64,000 nt of DNA from Leptospiraceae bacterium (GCA_040217195.1 JAVJNR010000003.1:544001-608000), one strand, 5' to 3'; counted from the stretch's first letter, positions 29,792 through 39,894 are shown. Program-made: numbers and translations. The notes: generated from the letters alone by a model not told the origin.

Positions 29792-31285
29792 ATGAAAAAA
29801 AGAAGCACGGATAGATCAGCATTGAATGGCCAGAGATCAGAGGAGTTATCCAGGGAGATGGCCGGGGAGATGTCCGGGAATCATCACCAAAGCTCTCACT
29901 CGGTAAACAGTTTGAGACTGGAAGACGTAAAGAAAGAAATGAATGCACAGGTCAGCCGATCCAGCTTTCTAAAGCGTTCCGCAGGATTCCTGGCCAGTCT
30001 GGGCATGGCCAACGGAGCCATCAGCGCCCTGAATTCCCCTGGGGCTGGAAGTAGTTTATTTGCAGAACAAATGCCAGACTTTGACGAGGATCCTTACGAT
30101 ATTGTATTACCCAGCAAGGTTAAAAGCGTCATCTTTATTAACATGGCCGGCGGTATGAGCCATGTAGATACCCTGGATCCAAGAAGCGATCAAAGTCCAT
30201 TCGGTAGCGTTAACTCATCGATTTCAGGAATACGCATTGGAGAGCCGTTTCGCCAGACTGCAGCGCAGCTAAAGCATTTAAGTCTGATTCGCTCCACCTG
30301 GTCCGAGGACGGTGATCATGGTTTCGCACAGAAGCTACTCAATACTGGATATAGAATGACCGAATCCGCCGGCTTTCCCGATATCCCCTCCTGGGGTTGC
30401 ACCGTAGCTTACGGAAAGAAGAAGGAGTACAAAGGCCCATATTTCCCATCCGCCGTTACACTTGGCCAGCGAGGTGGTGTAATAGGTAAACATGGATTTC
30501 TGCCCATCCGATTTTCTTCCTTCCACATTGGTAATGTGGATAATCCGGTGAACAATCTGACTCCGGCTGCAGGTCGCATTTCAGAAGCCAGGCTGGCCCG
30601 CAGAGAGCAATTGCTGGATATGCTTAACGATAACTTCGAAAGCAAATCCCAGGCAGCCCAGGTTCAAGTCTGGAGAGGAATGTTTGATTCAGCACTTGAG
30701 TTTATGAATAGCGATCAACTGGTAACCTTTGATCTGAGCAAAGAAAGCGCAGTAAATAGACGAAGGTATGGAGATACCTGGTCAGGCAAAGCTATGCTAA
30801 TGGCCAAAAGACTGGCTCAGGCAGAAGTGCCATTTATTCAAATCACCATCGGAGGATGGGATACTCATAACAACAATCGAGGCAAGATTGCTGATATTAT
30901 GAAAGAAGCTGATCCAGCCATCGCAGCCTTGATCCAGGATCTGGCAGGCTCCGGATTATTGGATCAGACCATTTTCTATCTTTCCACCGAATTCGGTAGA
31001 ACACCTGTAGTAGGACAACGGGACGGCCGGGACCATTATCCCAGGGTATGGACCAGCCTCATGGGTGGAGGTCCGATTCCGCGGGGAGGAGTTTTTGGCG
31101 AAAGCGATAAGAAAGCTCAGAGACCTGCAAACGATAAAGTGGCCTATCATGTCCGGGATGTTACGGCCACTCTTTATAGAGCGGCCGGTCTCGATCCCGA
31201 GGCCACCCTTACCACTGGCAGCGGCCGACCATTTCCTCTGGTTCCCAGAAGTGCCAGAATCATTGAAGATATGCTTCGGGGCTAG
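29792..31285 (+). CDS. DUF1501 domain-containing protein
   Basis: KSVIFINMAGGMSHVDTLDP, GGWDTH, EFGRTP, GRDHYP motifs; Tat-like N-region; GGAG RBS. Confidence 0.92.
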   Translation: MKKRSTDRSALNGQRSEELSREMAGEMSGNHHQSSHSVNSLRLEDVKKEMNAQVSRSSFLKRSAGFLASLGMANGAISALNSPGAGSSLFAEQMPDFDEDPYDIVLPSKVKSVIFINMAGGMSHVDTLDPRSDQSPFGSVNSSISGIRIGEPFRQTAAQLKHLSLIRSTWSEDGDHGFAQKLLNTGYRMTESAGFPDIPSWGCTVAYGKKKEYKGPYFPSAVTLGQRGGVIGKHGFLPIRFSSFHIGNVDNPVNNLTPAAGRISEARLARREQLLDMLNDNFESKSQAAQVQVWRGMFDSALEFMNSDQLVTFDLSKESAVNRRRYGDTWSGKAMLMAKRLAQAEVPFIQITIGGWDTHNNNRGKIADIMKEADPAIAALIQDLAGSGLLDQTIFYLSTEFGRTPVVGQRDGRDHYPRVWTSLMGGGPIPRGGVFGESDKKAQRPANDKVAYHVRDVTATLYRAAGLDPEATLTTGSGRPFPLVPRSARIIEDMLRG

Positions 31286-31421
31286 ACCAGAAAAATCGTT
31301 GCCCAACAAATGAAATGTGCTGCAATCTGCCATGCCTTCCGGATTGCAGCAACAGAATTCATCAGGTCTACTCAGTCTTTTTCCTGCCCAACACTGTAGC
31401 AAAGACCTGCCGGTCCGAGTG

Positions 31422-32342
31422 ATGCGAGCTGCAAAGCCCCACAAGAGACTTCAGAGTCTGGCCCTACTGGCTGCTGTGGCAATTCACTCTTTCGGATCCC
31501 TCCATGCAGAACCGGTTCCCATTCCTGAATTGAAAGCCCATGTCTACGATGGCATCGATTTGCTGGATGCTCAGACAGAGGCGAACCTGAATGAAAAACT
31601 TCAGAAACTGGAGCAGGACAAGGGATCTCAAATCGCTGTAATCATTATAGCAACTACAGGAGAAGAATCTATTGAGGAATTTGGGATTCGAGCTGGCGAA
31701 AGGCTCAAAATTGGCCGGAAAGGTGTGGACGATGGTCTAATCTTGATAGTTGCCAGAGATGATCGCAAAGTGCGGATCGAAGTTGGCTATGGCCTGGAAG
31801 GAGCCATCCCGGATGCAGTGGCCAATCGAATCATACAGGAAAGAATCGTACCGGCATTTAGAGCCGGTAATTTTGACACCGGCATTGAAGATGCAGTCAA
31901 TACCCTGGATAAGATAATTCGGGGCGAAGCGTTGCCGGTACCGGCTCAGCAGGCAGAAGAAGAGTTGGTTGTGTTCTCAGTGTTTTCAATTATTGGTTCT
32001 GTTTTCTTTTTGATAGGAGTGGCGGTTCCGTTGATCGTAGGACGGTGGCTTTCCATAACCAATTTCATTGTTTCTGCTGCAATAGGAGGATTGGCTTTTT
32101 ATTTCACCGGTGTGTGGGCCTTTGGCTTGTTCGCCGCCGGTATTCTAGCCTTCTTCATTGGAATATTTGGTACAGTGTTTTCGGCGGCGGGCAAAGGAGG
32201 AAGTGGTAGCGGAGGCTCTCATGGTCATTCGTCTTACATCTCTTCAAGCTATTCCAGTTCCAGCTCTGGCTTTAGTTCCGGTAGTTCCTTTTCCGGTGGT
32301 GGCGGAAGCTTCGGAGGTGGGGGCGCTTCCGGAAGCTGGTAA
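31422..32342 (+). CDS. TPM domain (YgcG-like) membrane protein with a Gly/Ser-rich tail
   Basis: GSQIAV, IGRKGVDDG, RIEVGYGLEGAIPD, TM helices and terminal FSGGGGSFGGGGASGSW. Start uncertain (31317-31422). Confidence 0.92.
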   Translation: MRAAKPHKRLQSLALLAAVAIHSFGSLHAEPVPIPELKAHVYDGIDLLDAQTEANLNEKLQKLEQDKGSQIAVIIIATTGEESIEEFGIRAGERLKIGRKGVDDGLILIVARDDRKVRIEVGYGLEGAIPDAVANRIIQERIVPAFRAGNFDTGIEDAVNTLDKIIRGEALPVPAQQAEEELVVFSVFSIIGSVFFLIGVAVPLIVGRWLSITNFIVSAAIGGLAFYFTGVWAFGLFAAGILAFFIGIFGTVFSAAGKGGSGSGGSHGHSSYISSSYSSSSSGFSSGSSFSGGGGSFGGGGASGSW

Positions 32343-32485
32343 TGCAACAGGGAACCTGCACTCCGGGCTGGAGACCCTTGAAGACATCGCATCCAGAGTT
32401 CCGCTGCCCTGGATTTAAGAATCCATGAATCTAGCAGATTTGGCCGGTTTACTGACCAGACCGACCAATACATCTTTTAACGGCG

Positions 32486-34378
32486 CTATGGTTTCAGTTG
32501 GAGGATTCGACCTGCATCGCTATCCAGGCAAACCGGTACGGGGCCTCGAACACAGGATAGCTCTCCCTGGCCTTCGTAGAGCAATTCCAGTTTTTGGCTC
32601 CAGCGAAACACCCGGTTTCCGTAGGCAAGAACCAGCGGCGAAGTAGATAGGACCTGAAGGCCCCGTCGATTGTCTGATTGAATCCAGGAATCAGAAAACT
32701 CCGAGCTCTTCACTGAGCTAATAGAAGTTCCCTGGATTCGCAGTTGCATAAGTTTGCCCGCAGCAATCACCAGAAAATCATTCTGCAAACATTGGGCCGC
32801 CTTGATTTCTACGGTAGCCCCGGACTCCGTTGCACTCGAAATTTGAGCCACACTATATTTTTGAATAGCCCTGTAATCAGTGGTGGTAACGTAGATCTCC
32901 CCGGAATAAATCATGGTACCGGATGCACAGAGAGCCACTGGAGGGCCCGGCCGGGTATCCAGTTCCAGCTTCTGCTGCAAAACAGAGGGATTGCCTGCGA
33001 TGGGATGAAAAGACATTCCCTGGCCATCGTATGCCAGTATTCCGGTAGATGCCAGAGCGATTTGCATGTCGGAAGGTCCTTGTAGACTGAGAACCCTGGA
33101 AACAGTACCGTTAAAATCTATATCCTGAATCAATATCTGTGATTCAATCCCTCCGGCCATCACAGCCAGGCGAAGGCCATCGCTGGTGGCCCGGGCCCAT
33201 TCAGGCTGCACGGCAAATAAACTTCGAGCGAAAGGTAAGGCCTTCAATTCAATAGAACGAAATCCGCCGGCAGGACCGAGCAAGCGTCGCCTGGAATCCG
33301 GGCCTTCCCATTCCAGCTTCAGGCTTGCACCTCCTCCCCCTTGAAAGTATTCTATTACAATATCTGCATCATTGCTGAGCTGAATACTGCCGGAATGCTC
33401 GGTAGGAGCCATCCCTCTCCATTCATCTATGATGAGCTTCCCGTTCACGTATAAACGAACCCCGTCATCGCTGGTAGTATAGAAAGTAAATTCTCCGGGC
33501 TTTTTGATCAGTAGCTTGCCTGTCCATCGCGCGGAGAAATTTGTACGAGGAACAGTGGGAGCCGGTGAAGATTTGTTAAAATCGTGCTCAATGTAGGTTT
33601 CCGAGCGCTTCAATTTATTTTGCTCGAATTTTCTTCCTTCGAAGTACTCCGCCTGCCAGGCGCCCTGAATCCCTTCTGCTTCTTTTACCAGAAGGTCCGT
33701 CGCATTGAGGGTTCCGGAGGTGGTTAAATGGGACGGAGTATCGCTTCCTGGACGAACCCATAGAAGCTCTAGATGGCCGGCTCCTCCCTGCTCAAAATAA
33801 TCCAGCTGAATGCGATAATCCCTGCCTGCCTGCAGGTTGATCGCGGCCTGAAACTCGGTGGTTCCCATGGGCCTCCATTCATCTATGATCCGCCGGCCAT
33901 TAATGTACAGTCGCACACCATCATCGCTTCGAGTGACAAAGGTGTAGGTTCCACTGCGTTTAACCTTTAGAAGTCCGTTGGCCCGAATACTGAAGTTATC
34001 TCTGGGCACATCTGCATGAGGACTTCCATTGCCCATGGGCATGTTCAATGAAGTTCTGGTTTCAGTGGCCAGTTTTTTACCGAAGCCTTTTCCCTCAAAA
34101 TAGTCGATCGAATATCCCTTCCCCTGCATTCCATCCGAGGCGACGGTATAATATTTGAGCTGTCCTTCTGTGTAACTTACGGTTGCATAGATGGGCTGAC
34201 CTGCAGCATCCTGACCCAGGTATGTTAGATCAGCACCGCCATCAGCATCCAAAGAATGCACAACAATGGACGATGCTGGAGCCCTGGTAGATGGCGCAGC
34301 ATTCAATTCTGCGGAGGCTACAGTCAGAATTAGTGCCAGAATGCAATGGAATCGTACAGGATTGGAACGGTGTATCAT
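32486..34378 (-). CDS. Exported protein with tandem PA14 domains
   Basis: Signal peptide; two PA14 repeats (NFS.R..G...SDDGVRLY.NG...IDEW...YF..GG.A.L.L.W); beta-rich C-terminus. Confidence 0.9.
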   Translation of the reverse strand: MIHRSNPVRFHCILALILTVASAELNAAPSTRAPASSIVVHSLDADGGADLTYLGQDAAGQPIYATVSYTEGQLKYYTVASDGMQGKGYSIDYFEGKGFGKKLATETRTSLNMPMGNGSPHADVPRDNFSIRANGLLKVKRSGTYTFVTRSDDGVRLYINGRRIIDEWRPMGTTEFQAAINLQAGRDYRIQLDYFEQGGAGHLELLWVRPGSDTPSHLTTSGTLNATDLLVKEAEGIQGAWQAEYFEGRKFEQNKLKRSETYIEHDFNKSSPAPTVPRTNFSARWTGKLLIKKPGEFTFYTTSDDGVRLYVNGKLIIDEWRGMAPTEHSGSIQLSNDADIVIEYFQGGGGASLKLEWEGPDSRRRLLGPAGGFRSIELKALPFARSLFAVQPEWARATSDGLRLAVMAGGIESQILIQDIDFNGTVSRVLSLQGPSDMQIALASTGILAYDGQGMSFHPIAGNPSVLQQKLELDTRPGPPVALCASGTMIYSGEIYVTTTDYRAIQKYSVAQISSATESGATVEIKAAQCLQNDFLVIAAGKLMQLRIQGTSISSVKSSEFSDSWIQSDNRRGLQVLSTSPLVLAYGNRVFRWSQKLELLYEGQGELSCVRGPVPVCLDSDAGRILQLKP

Positions 34379-34559
34379 AATGTTTCCTTTGAAGCTACTG
34401 GAAGGCCCGCAATAAGACTAAAGTGCTCAGTGTATGCGGGACTATTTCAATATTCAGATTTTTCCTCAACCTTATGAGCGATCCATGGCCGGTGAATTGC
34501 CATATTGAAACTCACTTTAAAATGAGAAGTCCGTAGCTTCTAACCACGGACCTGTGAAT

Positions 34560-35159
34560 CTATTTCTGATTATCTTTTAGAGCGATAACATAGCGAAGAT
34601 TGACTTCGTTGTTCATAACCAGGTTGGCAATATGCTCTCCGTTTAGATCAAAATCCTTGCGATTGACTTGAAAGTCTCCTTCGATATAGACATGTTCATT
34701 TTTCCAGGAGACCTTTGTAGGAACTGTATACTGCTTCTGTTTGTCTCGAATCTGAAGTGTAAAAACGAAATCGTATAGTCCATCCGCCCTTTTTTTAACT
34801 TCTTCAAGTTGAATCTGAGAAGTAGGGTATTTTTCTACCCAGAAAAAATCATCCTGGCGAAGATGCTCATCCCTGTCCCGATCCCTGGTAAACACGGAAG
34901 CAGGCCAGATTAGAAGACCGCCTCTGAAAGTTTCTGGTCGACTACCATCAAAGGTAAAATCATTCAACCTATAACTTCGAAAGTAACCCTTTACATCTAC
35001 AAGCTTAGCATCTACGAAAAACTCTATGGAACTTCTGGATCTATCAAGAGTAAATCTGTCCTGATTCTGTGGCTCCGCCCCCAGAGGCAGATAAGCACCT
35101 GCGAAAGTCATGCAGACCAAAAGTGCTGAAGAAATGGTTTTATAGATCGAACGATTCAT
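34560..35159 (-). CDS. YceI family protein
   Basis: SSIEF, V.GYF, SVFT...RDEHLR..DFF....YP and NRKDF motifs. GGAGGAG RBS before ATG 35159; signal peptide. Confidence 0.9.
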   Translation of the reverse strand: MNRSIYKTISSALLVCMTFAGAYLPLGAEPQNQDRFTLDRSRSSIEFFVDAKLVDVKGYFRSYRLNDFTFDGSRPETFRGGLLIWPASVFTRDRDRDEHLRQDDFFWVEKYPTSQIQLEEVKKRADGLYDFVFTLQIRDKQKQYTVPTKVSWKNEHVYIEGDFQVNRKDFDLNGEHIANLVMNNEVNLRYVIALKDNQK

Positions 35160-35239
35160 TGTTTGCTCCTCCAATGGCCCGGTTTTCTCCAGACCATATT
35201 TAGACAATGCGGCCCATGGCATCGTTCTTGTTTTTCTGC

Positions 35240-36865
35240 TCAAAGAGGTAGAAGAAAATAAAATGCATACCTGGAAAAATACCTTCTTTTCGCAGATGGT
35301 ATGAACCCTGTATATGGGTCCGGCGTCTCCGAAGCCGGAGTAATGTAAGCCCCGGCCGCACTTATGGTAAGATTCACTCCGCTCAAAGTGTAATCTAGAA
35401 TCAGAATGCCCTCCGTTCCCTGGGCCTCCTTGTATTCCGCTCGGTTCAAATGTACCGTAAAGTAGGTATCTCCTGGAAAGGCTGAGAATAACCGGGTGTC
35501 CCAGAAGATTCCACCCATACGAATACCCCGGTTTGCATGATCCGGAATGAGCAGATCATGGTCCTGTATTCTGGAATTCACCACACGGCCGTTTTCGCTG
35601 GTATGGCTTCCCGGAAAAGAATCAAAAAATCTTCTATTAGATAGAGGATGACTCTGGTCAAATGGAGGCCTGGAGGAAATCAGTATGGAACCCATGCCGC
35701 CCAATATGCGAGGCAGTGGGTTCAGCGGAGCAAAGCCCTGATAATCTTCTCCATCGGTTCTCTGGCGAGAGCTTCCCAGGCCGGAAATTCCCAGACGCTG
35801 TCCAGCACTGAAGTGCCAGATCCATCGCCCGGCTGCCAGCCATCCACGAATGGTCTTTCTGGAAAGGAACTCCTCCCCTCCGTAATCTGTGCGAGCCGAT
35901 TGCTGTCCGTGGGATCGATAGAACTGAAAATCCATCTCCCAGTCCGAGCCAGAGTAATTCAGTGCCAGACCGGAGTAATGAACATACTGAGCGGGGATGG
36001 CGGACTGGCCATCCCATAGAATTAGATCCTGGATTCTACCATCAGGTCTGGCGCTACGACCATTTAAGCGATAGTTTCCATAGCTGAACTCCAGATGCCA
36101 GCCCTGCCAGAAAAAGGATAACTCTCCTCCATAATACCTGGCTTCTCCCGTTCTCTGGCCGGTTCCGAAGTAAGGATTTGCATCCGAAAGATCCAGAGCA
36201 TGAAATTGCAGACCGAATATCAGCCCTCCGGCCAGTCGGAATTGCTGCCCAGCTGTAATCCCCGGGGCCCTCAGATCGTAAAGTAAACCCAGAGGATCGG
36301 ATTGCATTGGCTGAAAACCGGTTCGGAGCCAGACTTGATCTCCAGAAACCGATGGCTGGGGCCAGGAAATGTAAGGAGAGCCCCACCAGAGCAACCCAGC
36401 GTATAAACCGGCCTGAGACTTTCTGGAAACCAGGCTGTTCTGCCCCTGAGCAGCCCCCAGAAGCAACACTCCAAAGTCCTCGGAAGTGTATTCTCCTCCC
36501 AGAATGACTTGAGCTCGCACTCCCTGCGCCCTGTGGAAGGCCTTTTCGGTACCTCCAGCATCGGATGCACCCACGGAACGCATGGAATAGAGAGGAAAGA
36601 AACCGGACTGCCCCCTTTTTTCCCACCACAGCAGGCCTGTGTAGGGATAAGGTGAAAAAAAATCCTCACCGGAGGATGCCTCAGATTCCTCCTCCAGGGA
36701 CTCATTCGATGCATTCTGTGGCTCTGAAACCCCAATTCCGGGCTCATTGCTTTCATTTTCTGCCTGAAGGGGAGTAGAAAAACTCAGGAAAAAGGCCAAT
36801 AGACCGATACAAAAAGGACTGGACCGTAGTGCGCCGCAAAAAAAACTGACCAGACAGTGGTGCAA
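35240..36865 (-). CDS. Hypothetical exported protein, probable outer-membrane beta-barrel
   Basis: Signal-like segment (IGLLAFFLSFSTPLQA), alternating aromatic/Gly strands, C-terminal RYAFYFLLPL. Start uncertain; I placed it at TTG 36865 because the ORF-track start at 37105 overlaps the SLT gene. Confidence 0.55.
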   Translation of the reverse strand: MHHCLVSFFCGALRSSPFCIGLLAFFLSFSTPLQAENESNEPGIGVSEPQNASNESLEEESEASSGEDFFSPYPYTGLLWWEKRGQSGFFPLYSMRSVGASDAGGTEKAFHRAQGVRAQVILGGEYTSEDFGVLLLGAAQGQNSLVSRKSQAGLYAGLLWWGSPYISWPQPSVSGDQVWLRTGFQPMQSDPLGLLYDLRAPGITAGQQFRLAGGLIFGLQFHALDLSDANPYFGTGQRTGEARYYGGELSFFWQGWHLEFSYGNYRLNGRSARPDGRIQDLILWDGQSAIPAQYVHYSGLALNYSGSDWEMDFQFYRSHGQQSARTDYGGEEFLSRKTIRGWLAAGRWIWHFSAGQRLGISGLGSSRQRTDGEDYQGFAPLNPLPRILGGMGSILISSRPPFDQSHPLSNRRFFDSFPGSHTSENGRVVNSRIQDHDLLIPDHANRGIRMGGIFWDTRLFSAFPGDTYFTVHLNRAEYKEAQGTEGILILDYTLSGVNLTISAAGAYITPASETPDPYTGFIPSAKRRYFSRYAFYFLLPL

Positions 36866-36892
36866 CGCACCATACCAGGTCAGGAGGCCAAT

Positions 36893-37585
36893 ATGAAAAG
36901 CCCTAAGATTAGACTGATGATGACAGCTCCCTTGCTCTTTGTAGCCATTGTTTTGGGACACCACCTGGATAACCGTGGATCGGAAGCGGATGCTATTTCT
37001 GTAGAAGATCCCCATTATGCGTTTCTTGCAGATTACATTCAGAAGTACAATCCGGGAGTGAGTACCGCCGAAAGCGAGGCACTTGCACGTGCCATTATGA
37101 AGCATTCTCGTAACCTCCGCATCCCGGAAAGCGCAAAAATCGATGGAGAGGCTGTGGAGCCTGAACTCCTGGTCACAGCCTTTATTGAAACGGAATCCAC
37201 ATTTAAGAAGTATGCTGTATCCAGCGCCAATGCTCGTGGATATATGCAGCTAATGCATGATACAGTTCGCTGGATGAACGTAAAATACGATACTCGTGCA
37301 GACCTGAACAAACTCCACGATACCGATCTAAATGTTCGTCTGGGAGTGACCTACTTGAACTATCTCTTTGAAGAGATGAAGGATCCTCGTCTGGTAGCTC
37401 TGTCCTACAATGCAGGACCAGGCAATGTTTCCAGAGGTTACTACATAGAACGATACTGGATCAAAATTCGCAGACACTATAGAAAAGCCCATACCGAGCA
37501 AGAGATAGCCTTCTCAAACATTTCTGAGGAGCAAAAGCTTGCCTACTTGCAAAAAGGGCCCGCATCTGAAAATTCGGTGGATTGA
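36893..37585 (+). CDS. Lytic transglycosylase (SLT domain)
   Basis: IETES.F, AVSSANARGYMQLM, NVRLG.TYL and SYNAGPG motifs; AGGAGG RBS. Confidence 0.92.
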   Translation: MKSPKIRLMMTAPLLFVAIVLGHHLDNRGSEADAISVEDPHYAFLADYIQKYNPGVSTAESEALARAIMKHSRNLRIPESAKIDGEAVEPELLVTAFIETESTFKKYAVSSANARGYMQLMHDTVRWMNVKYDTRADLNKLHDTDLNVRLGVTYLNYLFEEMKDPRLVALSYNAGPGNVSRGYYIERYWIKIRRHYRKAHTEQEIAFSNISEEQKLAYLQKGPASENSVD

Positions 37586-39261
37586 TGCCGAAGCACTCTC
37601 TCAAGCGATGGCCCTCCCCCGGGCCATCCGATTCAAACACAACTCCCCAGCTGCCCGGCTCTGCCGGGCTTTTCTTTTTTGCATCCATTTGCCTGTTTCT
37701 GTTTTTTCTGGCCAGTGCAGCTTGTCAAAGCCTGGTTTCGTCGAATGCCCCGGAAAAACCGCAGGACGATTCCCGCTTAAGTCAAATTCTACCATCCTGG
37801 CTATCCGGTTGGTCCTGGAATCCTTTCCAGAGCGATGATCCCAGATACAGCATGAACTATGAACCGGACTATGTGCACTGGTTTGACCACTTCTCATTCA
37901 TTCGCGGTTCAAGGGGACAATTCCTCCGCCTAAAACGAATGGAAGATGTTCCGCCCATGATGCTCGCCGACGGTAATGGAACAGAGAAAGTGTATAGAAT
38001 CCTGAAAGAAGATGCGGACTACTTTCGCAAACAGGGATTCTCTATTGTGAATAGCGGACCCTTCCTCTGGATCGATCCGGGCCTGAAAGCGCGAAAACGA
38101 TCCCGGAATTTTGAACACTGGATGCAAGGTTATAAAGACAATGAGATGATAGAACGTATTCTGCGATATTTAGCCAGGCAGCATCCATCCAAGGCGCAGA
38201 TGGTACGTATAGGTACTTCTGTGCAGGACCGACCTATCTATGCATTACGAATTAGTAGAAGCTATGACCTTTCCAGGAAATCCATTCTGTTCAATTCGGG
38301 GCATCATGGAATGGAAGTACTGAGCATAGATTATTCCCTGGATGTGGCCTGCCTTCTACTGAACGAACATTGCTATCCACATTCCAGGACCATGGATGAA
38401 GAACTAAGGGACTATATACTTAACGACTTTGTGGTCTGGATTATCCCCATGGTTAATCCGGATGGTCTGCATCGCTTCTGGAATTCCAGCGGATATATGG
38501 GACGAAGAAATGCGAATGGAGTGGATCTGAACCGAAACTATCCGTTTTACTGGAATTCCTGGAATGAGCTGGCCTCCAGCGGATCCGCCTCTTCGTACAA
38601 ATACCGGGGACCGGAGCCTGCATCGGAGCCTGAAACAAGGGCAATGATGGACCTGGCTTCCAGGCATCGATTTTTGTTATCTTTCTCTTTTCATACATAC
38701 GCTACCCGGGTTCTATTTCCGTACACTTCGGATGGAGCATCTAATCCGTACCCGGACCCTGCAAGACATCTGGCATTGCAGATTGCCCGTCACGGTATTA
38801 GCTATCGCACCACACGTCAGTACGAGGCAGCCAGAAAACTGTATTCAGTGGATGGAACGGATCAGGACTGGATGTATCATGAACTGGGCACCATGGCCTT
38901 TATTGTTGAGGGCTCCATGTCCACACCTTCCTGGGAAAATGCGCTTAAGTCCATATCCGGTATGCAGCCTATTTCTCTGGCAGCCCTGAATCAGATTCGC
39001 ACTGGACCCAGGCTGGAACTAATAATTACGGATCCTTCCGGAAAACCTCTGTCCAATGCCAGAATGAAACTGGAATCTAGAACTCAGTTCGAAAATGAAA
39101 CCTGGCCCAGGGCAGATCAATTTGGTAGGATTAATGTATTTCTGGTTCCAGACGAAATATTGTATGCTGAGATCCAGGCACCAGGGTATCAAAGCCGCAG
39201 ATTCAAACTGCAATGCAGGACAGTTTGCGAGCAACGATTCCAATTGACCCCCATTAGGTAG
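37585..39261 (+). CDS. M14 family zinc carboxypeptidase (exported or lipoprotein)
   Basis: HHGME (HxxE), NPDG, RRNANGVDLNRN, SEPET, SFHTY and catalytic-Glu region FIVE. Start overlaps the SLT stop. Confidence 0.9.
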   Translation: MPKHSLKRWPSPGPSDSNTTPQLPGSAGLFFFASICLFLFFLASAACQSLVSSNAPEKPQDDSRLSQILPSWLSGWSWNPFQSDDPRYSMNYEPDYVHWFDHFSFIRGSRGQFLRLKRMEDVPPMMLADGNGTEKVYRILKEDADYFRKQGFSIVNSGPFLWIDPGLKARKRSRNFEHWMQGYKDNEMIERILRYLARQHPSKAQMVRIGTSVQDRPIYALRISRSYDLSRKSILFNSGHHGMEVLSIDYSLDVACLLLNEHCYPHSRTMDEELRDYILNDFVVWIIPMVNPDGLHRFWNSSGYMGRRNANGVDLNRNYPFYWNSWNELASSGSASSYKYRGPEPASEPETRAMMDLASRHRFLLSFSFHTYATRVLFPYTSDGASNPYPDPARHLALQIARHGISYRTTRQYEAARKLYSVDGTDQDWMYHELGTMAFIVEGSMSTPSWENALKSISGMQPISLAALNQIRTGPRLELIITDPSGKPLSNARMKLESRTQFENETWPRADQFGRINVFLVPDEILYAEIQAPGYQSRRFKLQCRTVCEQRFQLTPIR

Positions 39262-39276
39262 TACTCATAATGGAGT

Positions 39277-39894
39277 ATGAGCCGAGCCCGTTTGGTGCAA
39301 AAGGATCTTCCGGATGATCTGTATGAAGCCCTCCGAAACCAAACTGAGCTGGGCGTTGATTGTGAGATGATGGGCTTGAATCCCTGGAGGGATAGGCTTT
39401 GCCTCATCCAGGTAGCCTCCGAAGATGGAACTTGCGCACTGGTGCAGGTGGATGAATCGTCCCCTCCACAAAGAATGCGAGAGCTCTTTGAAAACCCTTC
39501 TATTCAAAAGATTTTCCACTTTGCCCGGCTGGATTGTCTATTCCTCCGGATGAGAACCAACATACAGATCAAAAATGTTTTCTGCACCAAGATAGCCAGT
39601 CGTCTGGGCCGGACCTATACAGATCGCCATGGACTGAAGGAAGTGGTTCGAGAATTTACCGGAGAGACTCTGGATAAACAAATTACTTCGTCAGACTGGG
39701 GCAGCAATAAACTCACCGATGATCAACTGAACTACGCCGCAAGCGATGTAATCTATCTGTTCGCAGTGAAGCGGGGATTGATGGAGATTATTAATCGAGA
39801 AGGCCGTGCTGAATTACTGCAGGCTTCCCTGGACTACCTGCCCTATCGCGTGGAGCTGGATCGTCTGGGCTATGATAGCATTTTTCAGCACTGA
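39277..39894 (+). CDS. nrnC: Stand-alone RNase D-family 3'-5' exonuclease (NrnC/nanoRNase C-like)
   Basis: GVDCE.MGLNPWRDRLCLIQ, KIFHFARLD, CTKIASRLGRTYTDRHGLK, SSDW, YAASDV; 205 aa with no HRDC domains. Confidence 0.8.
   Translation: MSRARLVQKDLPDDLYEALRNQTELGVDCEMMGLNPWRDRLCLIQVASEDGTCALVQVDESSPPQRMRELFENPSIQKIFHFARLDCLFLRMRTNIQIKNVFCTKIASRLGRTYTDRHGLKEVVREFTGETLDKQITSSDWGSNKLTDDQLNYAASDVIYLFAVKRGLMEIINREGRAELLQASLDYLPYRVELDRLGYDSIFQH

Noticed and set aside
31318..31351. 10-bp hairpin after DUF1501 as an ncRNA (likewise stems in 21803-21893)
   Set aside because: Isolated stems without a U-tract or family features; at most transcript-end structures.
36866..37105. N-terminal extension of the 621-aa minus-strand ORF
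   Set aside because: Antisense to the well-supported SLT gene; the signal-like segment begins further downstream.
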